A stretch of DNA of 64,000 nucleotides from Myxococcota bacterium (GTDB lineage: Bacteria > Myxococcota_A > UBA9160 > PR03), in NCBI GenBank assembly GCA_041611735.1, contig JBFIML010000019.1, positions 1,863 to 65,862 on the forward strand, read 5' to 3'. Under the pieces are notes generated by a model. It did not search any database and was not told where the DNA came from. It saw only the letters and a program-made list of their open reading frames with translations. A program made the position numbers and the translations under genes. Shown here in pieces: positions 1-9,681 of this stretch (positions are counted from its first letter, which is position 1; every line of letters begins with the position of its first letter).

Positions 1-161
1 GGTGCGCATGGCCGGCGCCTCGGGCTTCGAGGCGACGGAACACTTCGGAGGCCGCCTCCACTACACGCAGCGCTTCCGGCGCCCGCCGCCCTCCCGGTAG
101 CGACCCGGCGGACCCGCCGAGCCCCCGCCACGCTGCGGCTCCCGGCGGCATCCAACGCCCC

Positions 162-882
162 ATGTCCGGGGACCGGGCGTGCGCACTCTTCCTGCTGGGG
201 CTCTCCTATCTGGCCTTCGTGAGCCTGGGGCTGCCGGATGGTCTGCTGAGCGGCCGGCCTGGGCGCCGGGGCCATCGACGCCGGCTTGAACACCCACGTG
301 GCCACCCGTCACTCGGCGCGAACCCTCAACCTGCTCCATGCCTTCTACGGGCTCGGCGCCACCACGGGACCCGTGATCATGACGTCCGTGCTCGTGGCCG
401 GCTTCGCCTGGCAACGAGGCTACGCGATCGTCGGTCTCGCCCAGATCGCCCTCGCGGCCTGCTTCGCGGCGACTCGCACCCTCTGGCCACCGCCCGTCCG
501 CACGAATACGTCGGTGTCCCGGCCGGTCCCGATTCATCGTACGCTGTGCCTGCCAGGCGCCCGGCTCGGCATGCTGACGTTCTTCCTCTACACGGGCATG
601 GAGGCGACGGCCGGAGCGTGGACCTTCTCGCTGCTCGCCGAGGGGCGCAGCCTTCCGGTGGCGCTGGCCGGGACGGCCGTCAGCGCGTACTGGGGTGGCC
701 TCATGATGGGCCGCCTCGCGTTCGGCCTGTGCCCGCCCGCCCTGGTGGGCGTCCTGGCGCACGCAACGGGCCTCGCAGCCGTTCCGCTCGCACTCTTCTC
801 GATGTCGCTCGCCCTCTGGGCCGTCTACGAGCTTCTCGGGCGCGGGGTCGAGACGCCGCCAGTTCCCCAGACGGTATGGTAG
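162..882 (+). pseudogene. MFS transporter remnant, split over two frames and about 240 aa in total versus about 400 expected
   Basis: The frame starting at 162 gives 'ALFLLGLSYLAFVSLGLPDGLL' (an MFS TM1-type motif). ORF 286..882, in a different frame, gives 'LNLLHAFYGLGATTGPV', 'GMEATAGAWTFSLL' and 'YWGGLMMGR'. About 100 aa between these motifs and several C-terminal TMs are missing. Confidence 0.45.
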
Positions 883-911
883 GCCGACCGCCTGGAAATG
901 GAGGAGGCTTC

Positions 912-1454
912 ATGAAGCATGCGGCTTCGGCGGTTCTTTCGTGGCTGTTGGTCTCCATGGCCGCCTGCGGCGCTCCGGACGAGCCGGTCCGGCGGGGAGC
1001 CGCTCCCGTGCTGCGCGGACCGGACGAGGGCCCGACCTGGTACGTGCTCGGCGAGCGGATCGTGGGGAAGGTGACGGCGGAAGAGAGCGGCGGCGCCTAT
1101 GCCGTGGTCCTGGAGACGAGTCCGCCGGGAGCCGGGCCTCCGCCCCACGTGCACAGCCGGGAGGACGAGCTCCTCTGGGTCCTCGAGGGGCGTTACGAGG
1201 TGCAGGTCGGAGATCGCAGGTTCGAGACGTCCGCAGGCGGCTTCGCCGTCCTGCCCCGGGGCATTCCCCATGCGTTCCGGAATCTGGAGGAGACCCCGGG
1301 GACGGTGATCGCCACCCTCGTTCCAGGAGGCTTCGAGGAGTTCTTTGCCGAAATCGACGCCCTCTCGGCCGAAGGGTCCCCCGATCCGGAGAACGTCGTG
1401 TCGCGGGCCCGGAAATACGGCCTCGAGTTCCTTCCCGCTCAGCCCTCGAAGTAG
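912..1454 (+). CDS. cupin domain protein with a lipoprotein-type signal peptide
   Basis: ATG at 912 follows 'ggaggagg'. 'LLVSMAAC' is lipobox-like. The cupin motif 'PPHVHSREDELLWVLEGRYEV...GIPHAF' is present. Confidence 0.8.
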   Translation: MKHAASAVLSWLLVSMAACGAPDEPVRRGAAPVLRGPDEGPTWYVLGERIVGKVTAEESGGAYAVVLETSPPGAGPPPHVHSREDELLWVLEGRYEVQVGDRRFETSAGGFAVLPRGIPHAFRNLEETPGTVIATLVPGGFEEFFAEIDALSAEGSPDPENVVSRARKYGLEFLPAQPSK

Positions 1455-2440
1455 CGGCGCGAGGTGATGATGATGCCGGTCAGCAGCGAGAAGAGCGCGA
1501 GGAAGACCACGAGGCCGAGGCGGGCGGACCTCCGGGCCCGCTGCTCCTGCCACCAGTAGCGCGGGCGCATGTTCTTCCACAAGAAGGTCAGCATGGCCGC
1601 GAGCGTCAGAGCGGTCACGTTCGCTCCCGCCAGCAGGAGCGCGGCGAGCGCCCCCTTGAGCTCGCCGTCTCCGATCAGCAGGCCGCTGGCCACGGCCGGC
1701 GGCAGCAGCGCCACGGCCACCATGACGCCGGTCAGGTAGGTCGGTGCCCCCGCCGTGTAGGAAAGGGTCCCGGCGCAGCCGGCGGCCAGGGCGAGCACCA
1801 GGTCGCCCACGTCCACCCGGGTACGAGACGCAATCTCCGGGATGGAAGGGTCGGCGCTCAGGGCGGAGCCCAGGACGGCTGCCGAGCAGAACGAAACGGC
1901 CAGACCGATGGAATTGGTGCGAAGCGAGCGCCGGACCAGCGGCCCGTCACCCAGGACGAGACCCAGCGCCAGCGCCATGTTCGGGCCGAGCAGGGGAGCC
2001 ACCACCATTGCGCCGATCACGGCGGCCGTGTTGTTCTTGGAAAGCCCGATGGCCGCGACGATCGAGGCCAGGATCACGAGCGCGACGTAGGTGGGGGTCA
2101 AGGCGGCGCTGCCGGCGATGCTGGCGTAGACCTCTTCGCGGCTCACGGCCGCCGCGGAGCGCGCCTCGTGCCGCTGCTCCTTGCGATCCGTGGCGAGGGG
2201 GCGGGGCAGCACCGCGTCCAGGGGCTGGATCAGGACGCGGAGGCGTCCACCCTGGGAGACCCGCTCGTGCAGGAGGTCCATGGCGGAGCCGGTTCGGTCC
2301 GCACCGACGACGGCCCGGATCACCACGTCGAAGGCTCCGCCCGTTTCGACCCAGACGTCCTGCGCCACGTCGCGGAGCGCGCTCTCGGCTTCGCCGGCCA
2401 GGTCCTTCGAGACGTGGGCTTCCAGAATCTTGAGCGCCAT
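1439..2440 (-). CDS. DUF389/TIGR00341-type integral membrane protein
   Basis: 333-aa ORF with a soluble N-terminal domain followed by multiple TMs ('AVIGAMVVAPLLGPNMALALG', 'GVMVAVALLPPAVASGLLIG'). Confidence 0.8.
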   Translation of the reverse strand: MALKILEAHVSKDLAGEAESALRDVAQDVWVETGGAFDVVIRAVVGADRTGSAMDLLHERVSQGGRLRVLIQPLDAVLPRPLATDRKEQRHEARSAAAVSREEVYASIAGSAALTPTYVALVILASIVAAIGLSKNNTAAVIGAMVVAPLLGPNMALALGLVLGDGPLVRRSLRTNSIGLAVSFCSAAVLGSALSADPSIPEIASRTRVDVGDLVLALAAGCAGTLSYTAGAPTYLTGVMVAVALLPPAVASGLLIGDGELKGALAALLLAGANVTALTLAAMLTFLWKNMRPRYWWQEQRARRSARLGLVVFLALFSLLTGIIITSRRYFEG

Positions 2441-2530
2441 GACGGCGCAACGTAGCTCAGGGCGGCCTCGGTCATCAGCAACACCGTGGTATGCTGCGTC
2501 CGCTCGGGCCGCCGCCCCCTGTGAGACGCC

Positions 2531-3163
2531 ATGCTCCGACTCTACGACTTCTGGGAATCGGGCAACGCGTACAAGGTCCGGCTGCTGCTCTCGCTCCTGG
2601 GGCTACCGTTCGAACGGGTCCACGTCGACATCCTGAAGGGCGAAACGCGCACGCCGGCGTACCTGGCCAGGAATCCCAACCACCGGGTGCCCATGCTGGA
2701 GTGGGAGGACGGGCGCAGGCTGGTCGAGTCGAACGCGATCCTGTTCCATCTGGCCGAGGGCAGCGTCTACCTTCCGGACGACCGCTGGCAACGGGCTCAG
2801 GTGCTGCAGTGGATGTTCTTCGAGCAATACAGCCACGAGCCGTACATCGCGGTGGTCCGCTTCTGGCACTTCGCCGGTCTGCTGGAACAGAAGCACGGCT
2901 TCCTGCGCGAGAAGATGGAGCAGGGGTACCACGCCCTGGGGGTGATGGAGGGACACCTGGCCCAGAACCCGTTCTTCGTGGCTGGACGCTATACGGTGGC
3001 GGACATGGCGCTCTATGCGTACACCCACGTTGCACACGAGGGGGGCTTCGAGCTCGGGCGCTTTCCGTCCGTCCGAGCCTGGCTCGGGCGGGTCGCTGCC
3101 CAGCCGGGTCACGTGAGCATCACGGATCCGGTGGGCACCCTCGTCTCGGGAGAGCATCCATGA
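2531..3163 (+). CDS. glutathione S-transferase
   Basis: 'MLRLYDFWESGNAYKVRLLL...NPNHRVPMLE...ESNAILFHLAEG' shows a GST N-terminal thioredoxin-like fold followed by a C-terminal helical domain. Confidence 0.9.
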   Translation: MLRLYDFWESGNAYKVRLLLSLLGLPFERVHVDILKGETRTPAYLARNPNHRVPMLEWEDGRRLVESNAILFHLAEGSVYLPDDRWQRAQVLQWMFFEQYSHEPYIAVVRFWHFAGLLEQKHGFLREKMEQGYHALGVMEGHLAQNPFFVAGRYTVADMALYAYTHVAHEGGFELGRFPSVRAWLGRVAAQPGHVSITDPVGTLVSGEHP

Positions 3164-3507
3164 CCTTCGCCCTGAACGTCGCCGTGTCGGCCCTCGTGAT
3201 CGCCCTGGCCTCGTGGCTATCGCGTCGCTTCCCGGCCACGGCCGGGTTCCTGATCGCGCTCCCCCTGGCGACGATGCTCGTCCTGCCGCTCTCCTACCTG
3301 GAGCACGGCGATCGCACCACCAGCGTGCTGCTGGCCCGCAGCATCCTGGTGGCGATCCCAGTCAGCCTCTGCTTCTTCGTGCCCTTTCTCCTCACGGGCC
3401 GGTTCGGGCTGAGCTTCTGGCAGGCCTACCTCTACGGCTGCGCGGCCCTCGCGATGGGTTACTTCGCCCATCGCGGGCTGACCCGTTGGCTGTTCTCCGG
3501 TGGCTAG
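3160..3507 (+). CDS. small 4-TM membrane protein, function unknown
   Basis: ATGA overlap with the GST stop codon. The 115-aa product is hydrophobic. Confidence 0.6.
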   Translation: MTFALNVAVSALVIALASWLSRRFPATAGFLIALPLATMLVLPLSYLEHGDRTTSVLLARSILVAIPVSLCFFVPFLLTGRFGLSFWQAYLYGCAALAMGYFAHRGLTRWLFSGG

Positions 3508-4000
3508 TCCCGTGTCCATCTCGGTGCGAAGTGCGAAACCCGAGGACGCCGCGGCGATCGTCACGCTCTCGGCCGGGCTCGCCGAGGCGCTACGGGCGAT
3601 CGGGAATCCCAGCCACGCGGCACTCGACGAAGAGACACTGCGGGCGGAGGGCTTCGGCACGGAAGCCGTCTTCTCCGTACTGGTGGCCGAGCTCGACGGC
3701 ATCGTGGCGGGATATCTGCTCTACCACGCGGGCTTCGACCCGGACCGCGGCGGGCGCGTCCACTACGTGGTGGACCTCTACGTGAGCGAGCCACAGCGGC
3801 GGCGTGGCGTCGGGAGCGCACTCATGCGAGCTGCGGCTCGGGCGAGCCGAAAGTCGGGGGGGCACGCACTGGTCTGGTGGCTGCGGGAGGCGAACCGCGA
3901 AGCGATCGCCTTCTACGAGCGGCTCGGTGCCCAGACCTCACCCCGGGTGCGCACCATGCATCTGCCGCTTTGGACGGGCGAAACGGAAGGGGCGTGCTGA
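3500..4000 (+). CDS. GNAT family N-acetyltransferase
   Basis: 'VDLYVSEPQRRRGVGSALMRAA...AIAFYERLG' is an acetyl-CoA-binding motif A. GTG start at 3500, with an alternative at 3512. Confidence 0.85.
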   Translation: MASPVSISVRSAKPEDAAAIVTLSAGLAEALRAIGNPSHAALDEETLRAEGFGTEAVFSVLVAELDGIVAGYLLYHAGFDPDRGGRVHYVVDLYVSEPQRRRGVGSALMRAAARASRKSGGHALVWWLREANREAIAFYERLGAQTSPRVRTMHLPLWTGETEGAC

Positions 4001-4025
4001 TCCACAGCAGGAGGCCCGCTCTGCC

Positions 4026-4676
4026 ATGGACGACCTGGTGGTCCGCCCCTACCGCTCCGGGGACCGCTCCCGCGTCCGCGAGATCTGTCACCGCACCGGC
4101 TTCCTGGGCGAGCCGGCGGACTGGTACTGGCAGGATCGAGACAGCTTCGCCGACGTCTGGACGAGTTGGTACACGGACTACGAGCCCGAATCCGCCTTCG
4201 TGGCGGAGCAGGGTGGGCGGGTAGTCGGCTATCTGCTCGGTTGCGTGGACACTCGCCGCGCGCCTGCCTCCAGCTCGCTCCTGCGCCGGGTGATGCTCAG
4301 ACGGCTCCTGCCGCTTCGTCCGGGAACGGCGCGCTTCTTCTGGCGCTCCGTGGCGGACCTGCTGCGCGGCGTCCCGATGCCGTCCGGCGAGCTCCTCGAT
4401 CCCCGCTGGCCGGCTCACCTGCACATCGACCTGCTTCCCGAGGCCCGTCGTCGAGGCGCCGGCGCGGCGCTGATGCGGCGCTGGTTCGGGCGCCTGCGCG
4501 AGGTGGGCTCCCCGGGCTGCCACCTGGGCACCCTGGCCGAGAACCGCAATGCGATCGCCTTCTTCCAACGCATGGGCTTCCGCCGCCTCGGCGCTCCAAG
4601 GCCCGTCCCGGGCCTGCGTTCCCGAGACCGGGCGCGGATGCATCAGCAGCTCATGGTCCGGGACGGTTCGCCCTGA
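4026..4676 (+). CDS. GNAT family N-acetyltransferase
   Basis: 'HLHIDLLPEARRRGAGAALMRRW...NAIAFFQRMGF'. ATG at 4026. Confidence 0.8.
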   Translation: MDDLVVRPYRSGDRSRVREICHRTGFLGEPADWYWQDRDSFADVWTSWYTDYEPESAFVAEQGGRVVGYLLGCVDTRRAPASSSLLRRVMLRRLLPLRPGTARFFWRSVADLLRGVPMPSGELLDPRWPAHLHIDLLPEARRRGAGAALMRRWFGRLREVGSPGCHLGTLAENRNAIAFFQRMGFRRLGAPRPVPGLRSRDRARMHQQLMVRDGSP

Positions 4677-4852
4677 CGTCCGTGGCCGGGCTCGTCCTCG
4701 CTCTGGGTCGCCTGGCGGCCTCGGCGCTGGGTGCCGTGGCGGACTCCCAGAGTTTCGTGACGCACCTCGACCCCCGCAGCGGGCTGCTGCGGATGTTCGT
4801 ACCCTGGTACCGGCTCGGGATCGCAGCCGGGCCGCAGCCGGGAGAGGATCCG

Positions 4853-6184
4853 ATGCACCAGGAACGTCGCTTCGTGGAGATCAGCCCCTGGATCGAGACG
4901 CCCTCCGACCGTTGCCCGGCCTTGGAGCGGGATCTGCGCGCGGACGCGGTGGTGATCGGGGCCGGATACACGGGCCTCTCGACGGCCCTCTCGCTCCGCC
5001 AGGAGGGAGCCGACGTGGTCGTCCTGGAGCGCGACTTCGCCGGCGCCGGGGCGAGCGGACGCAACGCGGGCCATCTGACGCCCACCATCGGGAAGGACCT
5101 CCCCACGCTGCTGCGCCTGTTCGGTCGCGAGCGGGCGGCGGCGCTGGTTCGCTTCGCAGACCAGGCCGTGGAGTACACGGAGCAGGGGATCGAGAAGCAC
5201 GCGATCGATTGCGAGTACGTGCCGAACGGAAACGTCCTCGCCGCCGTCCACCCGAAGCAGGAGGCCCGCCTGCGCCGGGCGGCGGAGACGGCCGCGCAGC
5301 TGGGCGGCCGGGTGCGCTTCCTGTCCGCTCCCGAGCTTCGGGAGCGCGGTTTCCCGCGCGCCTTCCCTTGCGGCGTGCTCGAGGAACGCGGGGGGACGCT
5401 CCATCCAGGCCGCTACGTGCTCGGATTGCGGCGCGCCGCGCTGGAGGCGGGAGTGCGGCTGTTCGAGGGCACGCCGGTTCGGGAGCTCACGGAAGGCACG
5501 TCCGTGCGCGCCCGCACCCCCGGCGGCACGGTGACTGCGGACGCGGCGGTGCTCGCCACGAACGCCTATACGCCGGCCCTCGGCTGGAAGCGCCGCACGG
5601 TGGTGCCGCTTCGCGTCTCCCTGTTCGAGACGCAGCCCCTGGCCGATGAGCACCTCGCCGCGCTCGGCTGGCCGGGGCACGAGGGCATCTACACTGCCCA
5701 CGAGATCCTGGAGAGCTACCGCCTGACGGCGCGCAGGACGGTGGTCGGCGGCTCGAAGGTGGTGCGCTACGGGTGGCGAAGCGCGCTTCCAGCGGGCCCC
5801 GATCCCGCCGCGTTCCGGATCGTGGAGCGCGGCTTCCGGGAGCGCTTTCCGGAGCTCGCCGGCGTGCCGGTGGCCTGCTTCTGGGGCGGCTGGATCGCGT
5901 TCTCCCTGGACTCCCTGCCGCTCCTTGGCGCGGCGGGAACGCACCGCAACGTCTTCTACGGGATCGGCTACGCGGGCCACGGCGTGGCCCAGGCCACGCT
6001 CATGGGGGCGATGCTGGCCGACCGGGTTCGCGGCCGGGTCCACGGCTGCCAGGCGGCGCTGGCGCGTCGGGAGCACGCCTGGCCCCCCGAGCCGCTGCGG
6101 TGGCTCGGGTCGAAGCTCCTGCTGGGAGCCCTGACGGTTCTCGACGCTCGCACCGATCGCCAGGTGCGACGTCGGACTCGGTAG
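4853..6184 (+). CDS. FAD-dependent oxidoreductase (DAO/glycine-sarcosine oxidase-like family)
   Basis: Rossmann motif 'DAVVIGAGYTGLSTAL...VVVLER'; also 'ASGRNAGH' and 'GYAGHGVA'. ATG at 4853 follows 'ggagagga'. Confidence 0.85.
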   Translation: MHQERRFVEISPWIETPSDRCPALERDLRADAVVIGAGYTGLSTALSLRQEGADVVVLERDFAGAGASGRNAGHLTPTIGKDLPTLLRLFGRERAAALVRFADQAVEYTEQGIEKHAIDCEYVPNGNVLAAVHPKQEARLRRAAETAAQLGGRVRFLSAPELRERGFPRAFPCGVLEERGGTLHPGRYVLGLRRAALEAGVRLFEGTPVRELTEGTSVRARTPGGTVTADAAVLATNAYTPALGWKRRTVVPLRVSLFETQPLADEHLAALGWPGHEGIYTAHEILESYRLTARRTVVGGSKVVRYGWRSALPAGPDPAAFRIVERGFRERFPELAGVPVACFWGGWIAFSLDSLPLLGAAGTHRNVFYGIGYAGHGVAQATLMGAMLADRVRGRVHGCQAALARREHAWPPEPLRWLGSKLLLGALTVLDARTDRQVRRRTR

Positions 6185-6347
6185 GCGGCCCGGTACGGGC
6201 GGGCGTTGCGCCGGGGCGGAAGCGCGGCGTCGGAGCGGCTGGGGTAGGCTCCCACCCGGACGCCTTGGACCCGCGCGGCAGGAGGAGAGCCTGGCCCGCG
6301 AGTGCCAAGGTCGCTGGCTCGGGCTTCCACCAGGCGGGCAGCCATCC

Positions 6348-6851
6348 ATGCCCTGGAAGACGGCGCTTCGGGATCTCGGCCTCCTGCTGTTGACACTCGG
6401 CCTGTGGCGTACGGACGCGGCCCTGCGCGCCTCGGCCGGATCCGGCGCGACGCTGGTGGCGGTGGCGGCAGGCGTCCTCGCCACCGTGTGCGGCTACCTC
6501 GTCCACGAGTGGGGCCACCTGCTGGGAGCGCACGCGGGTCGGAGCCTCGTGCACCTGCCGGGCGGCTTCGCAAGTCTCTTCCTGTTCCGTTTCGACTCCG
6601 ACCGGAACACTCGCAGGCAGTTCCTCCTCATGTCCGCTGGCGGGTTCCTGGCCAGCGCGCTCGTGGTGGCGCTCTTCGTGTGTGTGCTTCCCTGGGATGC
6701 CCTCTCGGGGCGGGTGGCGCTGGTTCTCACTGGCCTCGGCGTGCTGACCACGGCGGCGCTGGAGCTGCCGCCGGCCTGGCGGGTCTGGCACGGAGCACCG
6801 ATCCCGCGCGGGGCTGCCTACGAGTCGTCCCGTCGATCCGCCACCGGCTAG
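6348..6851 (+). CDS. membrane protein with an HExxH motif (possible intramembrane metalloprotease-like protein)
   Basis: 167-aa ORF with 4-5 TMs. 'YLVHEWGHLLGAH' lies at a TM boundary. Confidence 0.55.
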   Translation: MPWKTALRDLGLLLLTLGLWRTDAALRASAGSGATLVAVAAGVLATVCGYLVHEWGHLLGAHAGRSLVHLPGGFASLFLFRFDSDRNTRRQFLLMSAGGFLASALVVALFVCVLPWDALSGRVALVLTGLGVLTTAALELPPAWRVWHGAPIPRGAAYESSRRSATG

Positions 6852-6924
6852 CAGGAGGATCGCAGGGCGCGTGATAGCCTCTGCAGGCAGGGTCCGTTGC
6901 GGAGGAGGCTTGGAGGACGAAATC

Positions 6925-7329
6925 GTGTACGTGGGCTCCGAGCCCGCCGCCCGCTCGTTGTGCGACTTCCTGCACCGGCGCGGCCTCGACGCCCGCATCC
7001 TCGACGATCCGAACGTGTTCGTGCGGATTTCCTCCCTCGGCACCTACCGGTACCGGGTCGCGGTGCCCGACACTGCGGCTCCCTCCGCCCGGGCGGCTCT
7101 CGGTGACTGGCGCGCCTTCCACGCACCGCGCGCCCGAGCCCTGGCAGGCCGCGTGCGACGACTCTTCCTGGCTTCGCTGCTTCCTCCGGCTGCCTGGTGG
7201 ATCCTGCACCAGAGCGCGCCGGAGTCCCTGCCGGCCTTCTCCCTGGAGTGGGCGCTGGCGCTCTGGGCCGCCTCCTTCGTCGTCGTGGCCCGGCTGGAGC
7301 ACCATCTCACGCCGCCGCCGGGCCCCTGA
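6925..7329 (+). CDS. hypothetical protein (small alpha/beta N-domain plus C-terminal TMs)
   Basis: The in-frame ORF is 6871..7329. GTG at 6925 lies 7 nt after 'ggagga'. The start is uncertain. Confidence 0.4.
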   Translation: MYVGSEPAARSLCDFLHRRGLDARILDDPNVFVRISSLGTYRYRVAVPDTAAPSARAALGDWRAFHAPRARALAGRVRRLFLASLLPPAAWWILHQSAPESLPAFSLEWALALWAASFVVVARLEHHLTPPPGP

Positions 7330-7526
7330 GGATTGGAAGCGCCGCTGCGCGCATGCTGGCGTGGAACTTCGACCGCATGGTCCCGGTCTCAGGGCAGCTT
7401 CATCCGGGAGGGCGCCCGGGAGATCTTCCACCGGGCGTACGCCTTCGCCCGGGCCGGGTCGGGCCGGGACGCAAACGAATGCCGGGGTGTTATGGTGCGG
7501 CACCGTCCCACCGCGAGGCCTCGCCC

Positions 7527-7988
7527 ATGCTTCGAAGCGCCGCCATCGTCGTGCCCGTCACCGTCCTCGTCGCCCTGCTCGGAATCGCGACCCTCGCGTG
7601 GGCGCTCCCGGTGGGTCCCATCGTCCTGCTCCTCGGGCTGATCCCGCTCCTGGCGCTGCGGTCGGCGGGCCGCCGCCTCTCGAGCGCCGTCCCGGACCTC
7701 GTGTTCGGAAGCCTCGACACGGGTCTGCTCGCGATCCCCGCGCTGTGGGGCGGCATCACGTTCGGCGTGGCCGGCGCCATCGCCGGGGGCGTGATCGGCG
7801 ACGCCCTGACCGATTCCGTGGCCGGCTTCTTCGAAGGCCACATCGCCACCTGGCTGCGCGAGCGCGGCTTCGAGGAGTCGCGTGAGGCCGTGACGACCTC
7901 CCTCGGGAAGATGTCCGGCTGCCTGCTGGGGAGCGGCGTCGTCCTGTGCGCGGCCCTGCTGCTCGGCGTCCAGATACCGGCGGTCTGA
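7527..7988 (+). CDS. membrane protein, function unknown
   Basis: ATG at 7527. Gly-rich TMs ('GGITFGVAGAIAGGVIGDAL'). Confidence 0.55.
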   Translation: MLRSAAIVVPVTVLVALLGIATLAWALPVGPIVLLLGLIPLLALRSAGRRLSSAVPDLVFGSLDTGLLAIPALWGGITFGVAGAIAGGVIGDALTDSVAGFFEGHIATWLRERGFEESREAVTTSLGKMSGCLLGSGVVLCAALLLGVQIPAV

Positions 7989-8446
7989 TGTGGGACGAGC
8001 GGTACTTTCCCTCCAAGCGGGATGGCTGGCTGGTCGCGTTGATCTGGGCCGGCGCGCTGGTCGCCGTGGCCGCCGGAGTCGGCCAGCTCGGGAGCGCGAC
8101 CGGCACGCTCCCCGGGCTGCTGATGGGGGTCTTGCTGATCGGCATGGCCGCCTTCCTGCTCTGGGTGCTGTATGGGACCGGCTACACGCTCACCGCAGAC
8201 CGGCTCCTGATCCGAAGCGGGCCTTTCCGCTTCCGCGTTCCCTTGGCCGAGATCGATTCCGTGACGCCATCGCGAAATCCCCTCTCGAGCCCGGCCTGCT
8301 CGCTCGACCGGCTCGACGTCCGCTACCACCGGGGTCGCCGCCGCATCCTCATCTCTCCCGAGGACAAGGGCCGCTTCCTCGGGTCCCTGGTGGAGCGCTG
8401 TCCGAGGCTGATCCTGGCGGGCGAAGCCGCACGCGCCGCAGGCTGA
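7988..8446 (+). CDS. membrane-anchored bacterial PH-domain (YdbS/YdbT-like) protein
   Basis: TGATG overlap with the upstream gene. Two TMs are followed by 'YTLTADRLLIRSGPFRFRVPLAEIDSV'. Confidence 0.65.
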   Translation: MWDERYFPSKRDGWLVALIWAGALVAVAAGVGQLGSATGTLPGLLMGVLLIGMAAFLLWVLYGTGYTLTADRLLIRSGPFRFRVPLAEIDSVTPSRNPLSSPACSLDRLDVRYHRGRRRILISPEDKGRFLGSLVERCPRLILAGEAARAAG

Positions 8447-8449
8447 GCC

Positions 8450-8767
8450 GTGGTGGTCGCCATCTTCCGCTCCCGTCTGCGGCCGGAATGCGTGGCGGAG
8501 TACCGGCCCCTCGCAGCGCACATGCTCGAGCTGGCACGAGCGCAGCCGGGCTTCGTCTCCTTCGAGAGCTTCGGTGCCGACGACGCCGCGCGGGTCTCGA
8601 TCATCGAGTTCGAGTCGCTCGAACACCTGGACGCCTGGAGGAACCACCCCGAGCACCGCAAGGCGCAGCAGCTGGGTCGCCAGCGCTTCTACGCGGAGTA
8701 CCGCATCCAGGTGTGCCGACCCCTCCGCACGCGCAGCTTCCGGCGAGAGCCCATCCGCGAGCCGTGA
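8450..8767 (+). CDS. antibiotic-biosynthesis-monooxygenase (ABM) domain protein
   Basis: 'PGFVSFESFGADDAARVSIIEFESLEHLDAWRNHPEH' resembles a ferredoxin-like ABM fold. Confidence 0.75.
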   Translation: MVVAIFRSRLRPECVAEYRPLAAHMLELARAQPGFVSFESFGADDAARVSIIEFESLEHLDAWRNHPEHRKAQQLGRQRFYAEYRIQVCRPLRTRSFRREPIREP

Positions 8768-8812
8768 TAGCATCGGCCGCGCTCTCGCGGCGGAGCTCGA
8801 GGAGGAGGTGGT

Positions 8813-9211
8813 GTGGCGCGCACCCTGAGCCTGGCCTTCGCCGCCGGTGCGCTCGGAGGACTCGCCAACAGCCTCGTCGCGTGGGCGAGCGGTGAGTCGG
8901 GGCTCAGCGCCTGGCTGGGCGTCGCCGGGGCGCCGGCGCTGACGCCCGCCTGGCTCTACCCCCGCCTGGTCTGGGGCGGCCTGTGGGGGCTGCTCTTCGC
9001 CCTGCCGCTCGGCTTCCGGAGCTGGGCGACGCGCGGCCTGGTGCTCAGTCTCGGGCCGAGTCTCGTGCAGCTGCTGGTGATCTTCCCCTTCCGGGCGGGC
9101 AAGGGGTTCTTCGGCTTCGGCCTCGGTGCCGCTACGCCCGCTCTCGTGCTGGCCTTCAACGCCGTGTGGGGCCTCGCCGCGTCGGCCTGGATGAAGCGGG
9201 TGGCGCGGTGA
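8813..9211 (+). CDS. membrane protein, function unknown
   Basis: 132-aa hydrophobic ORF, and the first of four overlapping genes. Confidence 0.55.
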   Translation: MARTLSLAFAAGALGGLANSLVAWASGESGLSAWLGVAGAPALTPAWLYPRLVWGGLWGLLFALPLGFRSWATRGLVLSLGPSLVQLLVIFPFRAGKGFFGFGLGAATPALVLAFNAVWGLAASAWMKRVAR

Positions 9212-9681
9212 GGGAAGGCGCCTCCGAGGGGACGCGGTCGCGCCGCGTCCTGCCGCCGGTCTTCTTTGCCGTGGCGCTCGCCGGCATGGTTGCACTCCAT
9301 TGGCTGGCCCCGCTTGCCGAGCCGCTGCCCGCGCCGCTCTCCTGGCTGGGCTTCGTTCCCGCCCTCCTCGGCGTGGCGATGATCCTCGCCGCCGCGCGTC
9401 GCTTCGAGCGGGCGGGCACCACCATCAAGCCCTTCCGGCGCTCGAGCAGCCTGGTTCGAGAGGGTCCCTACCGCTTCACGCGCAACCCCATGTACCTGGG
9501 CATGGTGCTCGTCCTCCTCGGAGTCGCCCTGGGCCTGGGCAGCGTCACGCCGTTCCTGGTCCTTCCCGTCTTCGTCGTCCTGATCCAGCGTCGCTTCGTT
9601 CGCGCCGAGGAGGCCCTCCTGGCCGAGGTCTTCGGGGCGGACTACGACGCCTACCGGCGCCAGGTGCGGCGATGGATCTAG
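9208..9681 (+). CDS. isoprenylcysteine carboxyl methyltransferase (ICMT)/phospholipid methyltransferase family protein
   Basis: GTGA overlap with the upstream gene. 'GPYRFTRNPMYLGMVLVLLG...RAEEALLAEVFGADYDAYRRQV'. Confidence 0.8.
   Translation: MREGASEGTRSRRVLPPVFFAVALAGMVALHWLAPLAEPLPAPLSWLGFVPALLGVAMILAAARRFERAGTTIKPFRRSSSLVREGPYRFTRNPMYLGMVLVLLGVALGLGSVTPFLVLPVFVVLIQRRFVRAEEALLAEVFGADYDAYRRQVRRWI

Noticed and set aside
2-100. The 3' end of a plus-strand gene entering from the left edge ('...GFEATEHFGGRLHYTQRFRRPPPSR*').
   Set aside because: It is only about 33 codons with no recognisable motif, so it cannot be called or named.
7490-9295. A 601-aa minus-strand ORF, and many similar long ORFs in the track (for example 34819..37248 -, 22644..24869 +, 47101..49623 -, 28026..30752 -, 27614..30835 +, 49794..51857 -).
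   Set aside because: Their translations are monotonous Arg/Pro/Gly/Ala strings with no motifs. They lie antisense or out of frame to genes with clear family signatures. Stop-free alternative frames of this kind are expected at this GC content.
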